Shown here in pieces: positions 39,436-48,582 of a stretch of 64,000 bases of DNA (the stretch's first letter is position 1; the number at the start of each line of letters is the position of its first letter). Under the pieces are notes generated by a model. It was not told where the DNA came from, did not search any database, and saw only the letters and a program-made list of their open reading frames with translations. The DNA is taken from the NCBI GenBank assembly GCA_965204675.1, contig OZ242003.1, positions 5,712,454 through 5,776,453 of the forward strand. The letters run 5' to 3'. A program made the position numbers and the translations under genes. The stretch is from Vicinamibacterales bacterium. Lineage in GTDB: Bacteria > Acidobacteriota > Vicinamibacteria > Vicinamibacterales > UBA8438.

Positions 39436-39722
39436 AGACTTCGGCGACCGAACGCCCGCGCCACCATGGACATCCGCGAGTTCGCCGATGATGTTCCGGT
39501 CGGCATGCGGGGTCTGCCGGCCGGCGGGCGAGACTCGGCGGAACAGGCGGTTCGGGAGGCTGTCGCCCCGTGGGTTCCGGGCGGGTTGGCGCAACGCGTC
39601 GACACACCAGGGTAGCCGTCACGTCCCGGCTGGAGCCGGTGGCGCCTTCCGTCCGATGGTGGACGGGAATCCGCAGCGCGGATCCCCCGTCCGACCCGAT
39701 CATCAGAGCGTCGTCGAGGCGG

Positions 39723-40709
39723 TCACTGCTGCGTGGCCGCCGCCTCCGCGTCCTCGGCCCGGCCCGCCCGCAGGCTGTTCTCGAGCCCGTAGTTGCCCTC
39801 GTGGCAGGCGTACTCGAAGAGCTGGTACGTCGTGTCCCGGTTCAGGGGCATGGCGACGGTCCACGGCGAGGTGAACACGGTGTTGTCGTCGACGGTCACC
39901 TCGTAGGTGATGGTGTCGTCGCCGTTCCGCGTGAACCGCTCGACCACCCGCAGGTTCTCGCTCTGGGGAATGCCGCGCACGCCCCGGGTCGCGATGTTGG
40001 TGCCGATGGTGCCCTGGTCGTTGTAGTTGGTGGTCTCCACGACCAGGGTGTCGCCCTCCCAGCGCCCGCGCGCGTCGCCGTTCCACTGGCGGATGCTGTC
40101 GGGCAGGTGGGGGCTGCCGTCCACGGGGATGATGCGGGCCTCGTGGATCATCTCGTAGAAGAGCACCACGTGGCCGGGGATCTGCAGGATCTGGTAGCCC
40201 GCCCCGTAGCCCGGCGGGAAGATGCCCCCCGGCACGCCGCGGGTGATGCAGCGCTCCCACGGGGTGTGGTTCAGCCACGAGTCGGTGAGGTTGATCAGGT
40301 TGTAGTCGCGGATGGCCCGGGCCTCGTCCCGCACCGGGAGCCGGCCGTTGGGCGGGTCGACGATCATCGACCGGCGCCGCTGGTTCCGCAGGGCGTCACC
40401 GGGACCGTCGCCCCAAGGCCCCTGCGGGGGACGCGCCCGGTCCTCGACCGACTGGGGCATCGCCGGCATCCGCTGAGGCTGGTTGCTGCCGGGGAACCAC
40501 GCGGCCAGCGGGGCCAGCCGCTCGATGTCGGCCTCGTCGGGGGCCTCGAACGGGGTGGAGTCGAAGTTGGTCCACACGCCCTGGATGTCGGGCTGGCCGT
40601 CCGGCGTCCGCGGGCCGGTGTAGTGCTGCGCCCCCGCCGGCGCGGCGCCGAGGGCGACGATCGCGGCCAGGACCGCCGCGGCGCAGGCTGTGCGACATGC
40701 CGTGCTCAT
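39723..40709 (-). CDS. Secreted conserved hypothetical protein (ACHEGNY-motif family), paralog 1
   Basis: Signal peptide MSTACRTACAAAVLAAIVALGAAPAGA. Blocks IVDPPNGRLP, RIIPVDG, GRWEGDTLVVETTN, RVVERFTR and FEYACHEGNYGL are shared with the gene at 60020..61015. Confidence 0.8.
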   Translation of the reverse strand: MSTACRTACAAAVLAAIVALGAAPAGAQHYTGPRTPDGQPDIQGVWTNFDSTPFEAPDEADIERLAPLAAWFPGSNQPQRMPAMPQSVEDRARPPQGPWGDGPGDALRNQRRRSMIVDPPNGRLPVRDEARAIRDYNLINLTDSWLNHTPWERCITRGVPGGIFPPGYGAGYQILQIPGHVVLFYEMIHEARIIPVDGSPHLPDSIRQWNGDARGRWEGDTLVVETTNYNDQGTIGTNIATRGVRGIPQSENLRVVERFTRNGDDTITYEVTVDDNTVFTSPWTVAMPLNRDTTYQLFEYACHEGNYGLENSLRAGRAEDAEAAATQQ

Positions 40710-40926
40710 CAGAGAACTCTCCTTCCATCGGCGACGCGGGCTCGCCGTGCGCGCCGACTCCCTATGGTACGCACTCCGCCCGCGAGAGCCAACCTTCGAA
40801 GACGTGCCCCGCGGGACGCGAGGCGCCAAGGCACGACCGCGAGCCGACCCGGTGCGACGCGAAGCTCCAGGACGGGCGTGCTAGACTCGTATTACGGTTT
40901 GCGGATCGATACTCGGCAACGTCATC

Positions 40927-41136
40927 ATGGACCAGGTGAAAATCTCCCCGAAGTTCCAGGTGGTCATTCCCAAGGCCGTGCGGGAATCCCTCGGCCTCAA
41001 GGCCGGCCAGCGACTCCAGGTCGTGCAGTACAGGAACCGCATCGAGCTCGTGCCGTTGCGGGACATCCGCGAGATGCGAGGCTGGCTCGCCGGCATCGAT
41101 ACGCGCGTCGAGCGTGAGCCGGACCGCCCGCTGTGA
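40927..41136 (+). CDS. AbrB/MazE/SpoVT-family antitoxin
   Basis: MDQVKISPKFQVVIPKAVRESLGLKAGQRLQVVQYRNRIELVP has the SpoVT-AbrB swapped-hairpin pattern. It lies directly upstream of a PIN gene. Confidence 0.85.
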   Translation: MDQVKISPKFQVVIPKAVRESLGLKAGQRLQVVQYRNRIELVPLRDIREMRGWLAGIDTRVEREPDRPL

Positions 41137-41145
41137 ACCCGGCCG

Positions 41146-41538
41146 ATGGACGGGTTGCACGTCATCGACTCCTCCGGCTGGCTGGAGTACCTCACCGATG
41201 GCCCCAATGCCCGCCACTTCGCGGCGCCGCTCGCCGATCCGAGTCGGCTCCTGGTCCCCACGATCAGTCTCTACGAGGTCTTCCGGGTCGTCCTCCGCGA
41301 ACGGGGAGAGGACGATGCGGTCCAGGCGGCCGCATTGATGCGCCGGGGACGGGAGATCGCCCTGTCTCAGGCGCTGGCCCTGGAGGCGGCGTGGCTCGCG
41401 CACGAGCGCGGCCTCGCGATGGGCGACGCCATCATCCTGGCGACCGCACGAGCCAACCGTGCGACGCTGTGGACCCAGGACGCCGACTTCGAGGGCGTCT
41501 CCGGCGTACGGTACTACGCGAAGGCGGCTGCACCCTGA
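41146..41538 (+). CDS. vapC: PIN-domain toxin VapC (second copy)
   Basis: LHVIDSSGWLEYL (Asp), ISLYEVFRV (Glu), MGDAIILATA (Asp) and LWTQDADF (Asp). Confidence 0.88.
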   Translation: MDGLHVIDSSGWLEYLTDGPNARHFAAPLADPSRLLVPTISLYEVFRVVLRERGEDDAVQAAALMRRGREIALSQALALEAAWLAHERGLAMGDAIILATARANRATLWTQDADFEGVSGVRYYAKAAAP

Positions 41539-41616
41539 GACCCGCCGAGGTCTCATGCCCGATAAACGGTGCCAGCCGGTGGGCCGTAATACACTCCACG
41601 GGTTGATGTACGACTG

Positions 41617-44097
41617 ATGGTATCGGAAGCGGCCCCCGCACCGGACCGAATCAGGGTGCCGTGCCGCCACGACGCCACCGACAGGCCGCCGAACCGGGAC
41701 GCCCCCGGCCAGCGGCGGGAGAACACGTTCTTGACTGGCACCCTCCTCCGGCGTTTCGGCGTTCCGACCTGCACCGCGGTCCTCGGTCTGTGGTGGCTGC
41801 TCTCGCCCGCGCCCGCCGCGGCGCAGTCCGGGCCGCAGTCCGCCGGCCTGCGCGTCATCGAGTCTCGCGAGCTGACCCCGGCGGGGTTCCCGCTGGTCCG
41901 CGCCCTCGGCGTCGAGGGTTCGCCGGCGGTGGACGGCGACGTCCTGGGCGACCCCGCCTACGCGGACGCCATGGTCGCCACCGGGTTCGTGCAGAGCCGG
42001 CCCTTCGAGGGCCGGCTCGCCTCGGAGCGCACCGAGGTGCGCATCGTCTACGACGCCGACACCATCTACTTCGGGGTGGTCTGCTACACCGACGACCCGG
42101 GCACGATCATCGTCGCCGACAGCCGCCGCGACTCCGAGCTCACCGAGACCGACAGCTTCCGGGTCATCCTCGACACCTATCTGGACGGTCAGAACGGGTT
42201 CGTCTTCGGCACCAACCCCGCCGGCATCGAGTACGACGCGCAGCTCACCAACGAGGGGCAGGGCAGCGGCCGCTTCGGGGGCGGGGGCAGCGGGCGCCCC
42301 AGCAACAGCCGGCAGCAGCGCGGCTCGGGCGGCGGCCTCAACGTCAACTGGGACGGCGCGTGGGAGGTCGTCAGCCGCGTGAGCGACGTCGGGTGGACGG
42401 CGGAGATCGCCATTCCGTTCCGGACCCTCCGCTACCCGGCCGCCGAGGTCCAGACCTGGGGCGTGAACTTCCAGCGGAACATCCGCTACAACAACGAGCA
42501 GGTCTACTGGTCGCCCCTGCCGCGCCAGTTCAACCTCAACCGCCTCTCGCTGGCCGGCGAGCTGCAGGGCATCGCGGTGCCGCCTCAGCGCAACCTGCAG
42601 CTCACGCCCTATCTCCTCGGCTCGACCCTGCACCGCACCGAGACCCGCAGCAACTTCAACACCGGCGACCTGGGGGCCGACCTGAAGTACAGCATCACCC
42701 CCAGCATGACCCTCGACCTGACCGCCAACACCGACTTCGCCCAGGTCGAGGTGGACGACGAGCAGGTCAACCTCGACCGCTTCACGCTGTTCTTCCCCGA
42801 GAAGCGGCCCTTCTTCCTCGAGAACGCGGGCCTGTTCTCGGTCGGCCAGTCGGGCGCGGTCGACGTGTTCTTCAGCCGGCGCATCGGGCTCGGCGAGAAC
42901 GGCGAGCAAATTCCGATCATCGGCGGGGGGCGCCTGTCGGGCAAGGTCGGCAACAACACCAACATCGGACTGCTCAACATGCAGACCGCGTCGGTCGGCG
43001 AGCTGGGCGACGAGGGCGCGGCCCCGGGCCAGAACTTCACCGTCGCCCGCGTGCGGCAGGACCTCGCCAACCGCTCCAACGTCGGCGCCATGGTCGTCAC
43101 CCGGAACGGGACCGGCGATCTCGCGGTGGGGGACGACGGCAACCAGACCGTCGCCGTCGACGGGCGCTGGGGCATCGGGGAGGGCGGGACGGTGAGCGGA
43201 TTCCTGGCCGACAGCGGGTCCGTGGACGATCTGGTCTCGGCCGGGCCCGGCGGCTCGCACGCTCTCGGGCTCAGCGCCCAGCACCAGTCCGAGCGCGCCC
43301 GCCTCAGCCTCGGCTTCACCGAGGTCTCGCCCGACTTCAACCCGGAGGTCGGCTTCCTCGCCCGCCGGAGCTACCGGCGCATGAACGGCAGCGTGTTCAC
43401 GACGTGGCGCCCCGAGAACCTCGGGGGGATCCACGAGCTGCGGCCCCACGTCTCGCACTACACGATCTTCGACTTCGGCACCGGCTGGCAGGAGACGCAG
43501 TTCACGCACATCGACAACCACATCGAGTGGCGCAACGGCTACGAGGTCCACACCGGCGTGAACGTCACCCGGGAGGGCGTGTTCGAGCCGTTCGAGATCT
43601 TCCCCGGCGTCATCGTCCCGCCGGGCAAGTACGACCACAGCGAAGCCCAGATCGCCGGCAACACGAACCTCGGCGCCCCGATCAGCTTCAACGTCAACAG
43701 CATCGTCGGCGGGCTGTTCGGGGGCGACCGCGTGACGATCACGCCGTCGATCGCGGCCCGCGCCGGCGAGACGTTCAACGCGATGCTGGAGTGGAGCTAC
43801 AACGCCCTGCGGCTCCCCGGCGGCGACTTCACCACCAACCTCATCCGCCTGCGCACGTCGTACTCGTTCAACACCCGGATGTTCTTCCAGGCCCTCGTCC
43901 AGTACAACGACCGCGCCGACCTGTGGTCGTCGAACCTCCGGTTCGGCCTGCTGTCGGACGCCAACACCGGGTTGTTCATCGTCTACAACGACGTCCAGGG
44001 CCTCGGCCGGGGGCTGGACGGCCGCCAGTACATCCCCCCCGGCGCGGGGCGGACGATCACCGTCAAGTACAGCTACCTGTTCGACCTGCTGCGGTGA
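41617..44097 (+). CDS. CBM9-like / DUF5916 family outer-membrane-type protein
   Basis: DSFRVILDTYLDGQNGFVFGTNPAGIEYD, WDGAWEVVSRVSDVGWTAEIAIPFRTLRY and DFAQVEVDDEQVNLDRFTLFFPEKRPFFLEN. The signal peptide begins about aa 40, so an alternative TTG start at 41731 is plausible. Confidence 0.8.
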   Translation: MVSEAAPAPDRIRVPCRHDATDRPPNRDAPGQRRENTFLTGTLLRRFGVPTCTAVLGLWWLLSPAPAAAQSGPQSAGLRVIESRELTPAGFPLVRALGVEGSPAVDGDVLGDPAYADAMVATGFVQSRPFEGRLASERTEVRIVYDADTIYFGVVCYTDDPGTIIVADSRRDSELTETDSFRVILDTYLDGQNGFVFGTNPAGIEYDAQLTNEGQGSGRFGGGGSGRPSNSRQQRGSGGGLNVNWDGAWEVVSRVSDVGWTAEIAIPFRTLRYPAAEVQTWGVNFQRNIRYNNEQVYWSPLPRQFNLNRLSLAGELQGIAVPPQRNLQLTPYLLGSTLHRTETRSNFNTGDLGADLKYSITPSMTLDLTANTDFAQVEVDDEQVNLDRFTLFFPEKRPFFLENAGLFSVGQSGAVDVFFSRRIGLGENGEQIPIIGGGRLSGKVGNNTNIGLLNMQTASVGELGDEGAAPGQNFTVARVRQDLANRSNVGAMVVTRNGTGDLAVGDDGNQTVAVDGRWGIGEGGTVSGFLADSGSVDDLVSAGPGGSHALGLSAQHQSERARLSLGFTEVSPDFNPEVGFLARRSYRRMNGSVFTTWRPENLGGIHELRPHVSHYTIFDFGTGWQETQFTHIDNHIEWRNGYEVHTGVNVTREGVFEPFEIFPGVIVPPGKYDHSEAQIAGNTNLGAPISFNVNSIVGGLFGGDRVTITPSIAARAGETFNAMLEWSYNALRLPGGDFTTNLIRLRTSYSFNTRMFFQALVQYNDRADLWSSNLRFGLLSDANTGLFIVYNDVQGLGRGLDGRQYIPPGAGRTITVKYSYLFDLLR

Positions 44098-44282
44098 CGG
44101 TGCGCCGGCGGCTACGGCCACCGCCGCGGCCACGCCCTCCTCTCGGCATGAAGCCCGCCACGAGTCGAGAACGGACCGCCGCCTCTTCGGGGTCCGGTCA
44201 ACTCGTGTGGCGCTATAATCCGACTCCGGTGGCGCTCCCGGTGCGCGCCTCGACGGCCGCGCCGCTCCAGGCCCATGCACAG

Positions 44283-45638
44283 ATGACCATGCGATCCGTC
44301 CCGGCCGTCATCCTGCTCACCGTGCTCGCAGCCAGTTGCGGCGGGGGCGCTCCCGATCCCGTCAGCACCGTCGTCGCCTACCAGGGGGCCACGCTGATCA
44401 CCGGAGACGGCGGCCCGCCCATCGGGGGCGGGGTGCTGGTGGTCGACGACGGGCGCATCGTCGCCGCGGGCCGGGCCGCCAGCGTGCCGGTTCCCGAGGA
44501 CGCCACCGTGGTCGACCTCGCCGGCAAGACGGTCATGCCCGCGCTCGTCGACCTGCACGGGCACGTCGGGTTCCAGCAGGGCCTGAGCTACGACTACGCG
44601 AACTACACCCGCGAGAACCTGCTCGACCAGCTCCACCGTTACGCGTACCACGGCGTCGGCACCATCGTCTCGATGGGGACCGACCCCGGCGAGCTGGCGT
44701 TCGGGATCCGGGCCGAGCAGGAGGCGGGCACGCTGGGCGGGGCCCGGCTGCACACCGCGTTCCGCGGCATCGCGCGGCCGAACGCGGGGCCGGGGGCCGC
44801 GACCATGCGGCCGACTGCGTTCGGGGTGTCCACGCCCGACGAGGCGCGCGCCGTCGTCGAGGAGATCGCGGCCACCCGCGCCGACTTCGTCAAGATCTGG
44901 GTCGACGACCGGGGCGGCTCGGTCGAGAAGCTCACCCCCGACCTCTACGAACCGATCATCGCGGTCGCGCACGAGCGCGGCCTGCGGGTCATCGCCCACG
45001 TCTACTACCTCGACGACGCCCGCGCCCTCGTCGACGCGGGGGCCGACGGGTTCGCCCACCTGCCGCGCGACCTCGAGATGGACGACGAACTGGTGGCCGC
45101 CATCGTCGAGAACGACGTGTTCGCCATGCCGAACCTGAGCATCTCGGAACGGGGCCGGCACGTCGAGCCGCCGGCCTGGGTCGAGCACCCGCTGCTGCTC
45201 GAGTCGGTGGCCGGCGACGTCCTGGCGCGCATCCGCTCGTCGTTCGAGAACCGCACGCCCGAGGCGGCGGCGCGGGCGGCCGAGTCCTGGGCGGCGATGC
45301 AGTCCAGCCTGAAGAAGCTGGCCGACGCCGGCGCGCGCCTCGTCCTCGGCGCCGACACCGGCGTGCAGGACCACGTGCCGGGCTTCATGGAGCACCGCGA
45401 GCTCGAGCTGTTCGTCGAGGCGGGCATCTCGCCGGCCGACGCCATCCGCATCGCCACGAGCGCGTCGGCCGAGGTGCTCGGCGCCGACACCGGCCTGCTG
45501 GAGGCGGGGCGCCGCGCCGACTTCGTGGTGCTCGACGCCAACCCGATGTTCGGCATCGCGAACACCCGGCAGATAGCGGACGTCTACCTGAACGGAGAAG
45601 CGGTCGACCGGGACGCGCTCAGGGCCGGCTGGCGGTAG
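44283..45638 (+). CDS. Amidohydrolase family lipoprotein (imidazolonepropionase-like metal hydrolase)
   Basis: LTVLAASCGG lipobox, GKTVMPALVDLHGHVG (HxH metal motif), VIAHVYYLDDA and LVLGADTG. ATG at 44283 inside track ORF 41661..45638. Confidence 0.88.
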   Translation: MTMRSVPAVILLTVLAASCGGGAPDPVSTVVAYQGATLITGDGGPPIGGGVLVVDDGRIVAAGRAASVPVPEDATVVDLAGKTVMPALVDLHGHVGFQQGLSYDYANYTRENLLDQLHRYAYHGVGTIVSMGTDPGELAFGIRAEQEAGTLGGARLHTAFRGIARPNAGPGAATMRPTAFGVSTPDEARAVVEEIAATRADFVKIWVDDRGGSVEKLTPDLYEPIIAVAHERGLRVIAHVYYLDDARALVDAGADGFAHLPRDLEMDDELVAAIVENDVFAMPNLSISERGRHVEPPAWVEHPLLLESVAGDVLARIRSSFENRTPEAAARAAESWAAMQSSLKKLADAGARLVLGADTGVQDHVPGFMEHRELELFVEAGISPADAIRIATSASAEVLGADTGLLEAGRRADFVVLDANPMFGIANTRQIADVYLNGEAVDRDALRAGWR

Positions 45639-45794
45639 CGCCTCAGGCGCCCGCGCCGTCGACCCGTGCAGACACCGCGGGCGGTTCGGGCGTCGGCGCC
45701 GGCCGAGCCGGAAGGCGCTTGCCGGGACGGGACGGTGCAGACCGGCGACGGATCGGTGGGAGGGTACGGCGCCGCCGGACGGCGATGCCCGGAT

Positions 45795-45878
45795 CAGAAG
45801 TCTGCGCCGTAGAACCGCGCGGACTCCCGGACGGTTGGTCAGGCGCCAAGCGGAGCCGAAGGCGACGATTGGCGGGCC
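45795..45878 (+). repeat. Dispersed hairpin repeat unit
   Basis: cagaagtctgcgccgtagaaccgcgcggactcccggacggttggtcaggcgccaagcggagccgaaggcgacgattggcgggcc. More degraded related sequence lies at about 45670-45790. Confidence 0.85.
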
Positions 45879-45892
45879 AGGGAGAAGCGTCC

Positions 45893-48469
45893 ATGCGACG
45901 AACCTTGTACGTCGGCGTTCTCGCCTCGATGGTCGCCGCGGGCGCAATCGACGCGCACGCCCAGGCCGGCCGCTACCCGGCGTCGCGCCACGGCGGGAAC
46001 TACATGCACAACTTCTACTTCCCGCCGGCGCCGAGCTCGACCCCGTGGGCGCCGAGCTGGGCGCCGGACGGCGCGTCGATCGCGGTGGCGATGAGCGGGT
46101 CCATCTGGCGGGTGGACCCCGGCACCGGGGTCGCCGAGGAGCTGACCTACAGCCCCGACGCCTACCACTCGTCGCCCGACTGGTCGCCCGACGGCCGGTG
46201 GATCGTCTACACCGCCGACCACGACGGCGACCGCGTGCAGCTCGAGCTGCTGGAGGTCGCGACCGGCGAGACCCGGGCCCTGACCGACGACGGCCACGTC
46301 TACGCGGACCCGACCTTCTCGCCCGACGGCGCCCGCATCGCCTACGTCTCGACCCGCCCCAACGGCTACTTCAACGTCGCGGTGCGGCCGGTCGAGGACG
46401 GCCGGTGGGCGGGCGACGAGATGCCGATCACGAGCGACCACGCCTATCCCGCCAACCGGCTCTACTTCGGGCCGTGGGACATGCACCTGACCCCGGCGTG
46501 GCTGCCCGCGAGCCCCGACAGCACCGACAGCGACGAGCTGCTGCTGGTCTCGAACCGCGACATCCCCCTCGGCTCGGGCAACGTTCTCCGCGTGCCCGCC
46601 GCCCCCGGCGGCATCGTCGACGCGGTGACGGTGCTGCGCGAGCAGACCCTGTACCGCACGCGGCCCGACATCGCGAGCGACGGCCGGCGCTTCGTCTACT
46701 CGTCCACGCGGGGGGCGGCCGACCAGTTCAACAACCTCTACGTGCAACCGACGACGGGGGGCGAGCCCTACAAGCTGACGTTCTTCGAGCACGACGCCTT
46801 CCACCCCCGCTGGTCGCCCGACGACGAGTGGATCGCGTTCGTCACCAACGAGGGCGGCCTGCCCCGACTGGCGCTGCTGGAGACCCACGGGGGCGCCCTG
46901 CGCACGGTCGAGATCACCGAGCGGCGGTGGCGGCGTCCCATGGGCACCCTGTCGGTCGGCACCAGCACCGCGGACACCGGCGAGACCACCGGCTCGCGGG
47001 TCCACCTGACCGCGTCGGACGGGAAGTTCTACGCTCCCGCCGACGCCTACGCGCGGCTGAGCGCGCGCGGCGATCACGTCTTCCACCACACCGGCGCGTT
47101 CACCGTCGAGGTGCCGGCGGGGCCGGTGGAGCTGACCGTGGTGAAGGGCTTCGAGTTCCACCCCGCCATGGCGACGGCCGAGGTCGCGGCGGGCGGGACG
47201 ACCGAGCTGACGGTCGAGCTCGAGCGGATGACGGACATGGCCGCGGCCGGCTGGGTCAGCGCCTCGACCCACGTGCACGGGAACTACGGCGGCAACCTCC
47301 ACAACTCGCTCGAGAACCTCGTCATGATGTCGGAGGCGGAAGATCAGGACATCGTCCTCCACCAGGTCGCCAACAAGGACAACCGCATCCTCGACTACCA
47401 GTGGTTCGAGCCCGGCGGCGGCGCCCACTCGGCGTCCACGCCGGAGCACCCGGTGGTCGTGGGCCAGGAGTACCGCCCGCCGTTCTACGGCCACGTCTTC
47501 ATGTTCGGGATGCGCGACCACCTGATCTCGCCGTTCACGATGGGCTACGAGGGCACCGCCATCGAGAGCCTCTACCCCAGCAACACCGACATGTTCCGGA
47601 AGGCGAAGGCGCAGGGGGCCACCGTCGGCTACGTGCACGCGTTCACGGGCGAGAGCGACCCCCTCGACGGCAACCTCGGCGGCGGCAAGGGGTTCATCGT
47701 CGACGCCGCCCTCGGCACCACCGACGCGGTGGAGTGGTCGGACGCGGCGCGGTCCGGCTTCTTCCCCCTCTACGCGGTGTGGAGCAACGGCCTGCGCATC
47801 GCCGCCACCGGGGGCGAGGACTCCATCAGCAACCTGCACCGTTCGAAGCTGGTGGGGTCGGTGCGGACCTACGTGCACACCGGGCCGCGCGGCCTCGACG
47901 TCGACGCGTGGTTCGAGGAGCTGCGGGCGGGGCGCGCGTTCGTCTCGTCGGGGCCGCTGCTCGAGCTGACCGTCGACGGCCGGATGCCGGGCGAAGAGGT
48001 GACCCTGCCGGCCGGCGGGGGCGAGGTCCGGATTGCCGGGCGCGTGCAGTCCGTCACTGCCCTGGACCGGGTGTTCCTGGTGTGCAACGGCGAGGCCGTG
48101 CAGGAGGTGCCGCTCGGCGTCGACGGCCGGTCGGCCGCGTTCACCGTGGGCCGCCGCGTGACCGCGAGCGGCTGGTGCCACCTGCGGGCCGAGGGCGCCC
48201 CCGCCGACCGGTTCCCCATGGACGTGACCTACGTGCAGGCGTTCACCAACCCGGTGTGGCTGCTCGCCGGCGACGAGCCGATCCGGGACGCGGCGGCGGC
48301 CGACTACGCCCTGCGCTGGATCGACCGGCTGCAGCAGATGGCGGACGAGTGGCCCGGCTGGCGGGCCGAGCGGGAACGCGCCCACGTCTTCGCCCAGTTC
48401 GACGAGGCGCGCGAGGTCTACCGCGGGTTCGCGCGCGAGAGCACTGGTGCCGCGGCCTCGCGGCCGTAA
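45893..48469 (+). CDS. TolB-like PD40 beta-propeller fused to a CehA/McbA-type (PHP-like) metallohydrolase domain
   Basis: PD40 repeats (SWAPDGASIAV, DWSPDGRWIVYT, TFSPDGARIAYVS, RWSPDDEWIAFV), then ASTHVHGNYGG, GYVHAF and ATGGEDS. ATG at 45893 inside track ORF 44336..48469. Confidence 0.85.
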   Translation: MRRTLYVGVLASMVAAGAIDAHAQAGRYPASRHGGNYMHNFYFPPAPSSTPWAPSWAPDGASIAVAMSGSIWRVDPGTGVAEELTYSPDAYHSSPDWSPDGRWIVYTADHDGDRVQLELLEVATGETRALTDDGHVYADPTFSPDGARIAYVSTRPNGYFNVAVRPVEDGRWAGDEMPITSDHAYPANRLYFGPWDMHLTPAWLPASPDSTDSDELLLVSNRDIPLGSGNVLRVPAAPGGIVDAVTVLREQTLYRTRPDIASDGRRFVYSSTRGAADQFNNLYVQPTTGGEPYKLTFFEHDAFHPRWSPDDEWIAFVTNEGGLPRLALLETHGGALRTVEITERRWRRPMGTLSVGTSTADTGETTGSRVHLTASDGKFYAPADAYARLSARGDHVFHHTGAFTVEVPAGPVELTVVKGFEFHPAMATAEVAAGGTTELTVELERMTDMAAAGWVSASTHVHGNYGGNLHNSLENLVMMSEAEDQDIVLHQVANKDNRILDYQWFEPGGGAHSASTPEHPVVVGQEYRPPFYGHVFMFGMRDHLISPFTMGYEGTAIESLYPSNTDMFRKAKAQGATVGYVHAFTGESDPLDGNLGGGKGFIVDAALGTTDAVEWSDAARSGFFPLYAVWSNGLRIAATGGEDSISNLHRSKLVGSVRTYVHTGPRGLDVDAWFEELRAGRAFVSSGPLLELTVDGRMPGEEVTLPAGGGEVRIAGRVQSVTALDRVFLVCNGEAVQEVPLGVDGRSAAFTVGRRVTASGWCHLRAEGAPADRFPMDVTYVQAFTNPVWLLAGDEPIRDAAAADYALRWIDRLQQMADEWPGWRAERERAHVFAQFDEAREVYRGFARESTGAAASRP

Positions 48470-48582
48470 GGACTCGGACGCATCCGCGTTGCCGTGCGCC
48501 AGGCGCGCCAGGGCAACGAGAGGACGGGCCGCGCCTCGGTGAAGTCGGCGAGCGATCGCGGTCCTGACAGGAGGCACTCCCC

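Noticed and set aside
39462-39611. 49-codon ORF (MDIREFADDVPVGMRGLPAGGRDSAEQAVREAVAPWVPGGLAQRVDTPG) in the GMC upstream spacer
   Set aside because: It has no SD sequence and no recognisable family. Its length is compatible with chance in GC-rich sequence, so I cannot support it.
40762-44280. 1172-aa minus-strand ORF, and the first 2.6 kb of plus-strand ORF 41661..45638
   Set aside because: These are antisense or off-frame to the DUF5916 gene. Only the segment from ATG 44283 of the 41661..45638 frame encodes a believable protein, the amidohydrolase.
45835-48577. 910-aa plus-strand and 912-aa minus-strand ORFs over the PD40-metallohydrolase gene
   Set aside because: These are alternative frames of a well-supported gene, with Arg/Gly/Pro-rich translations.
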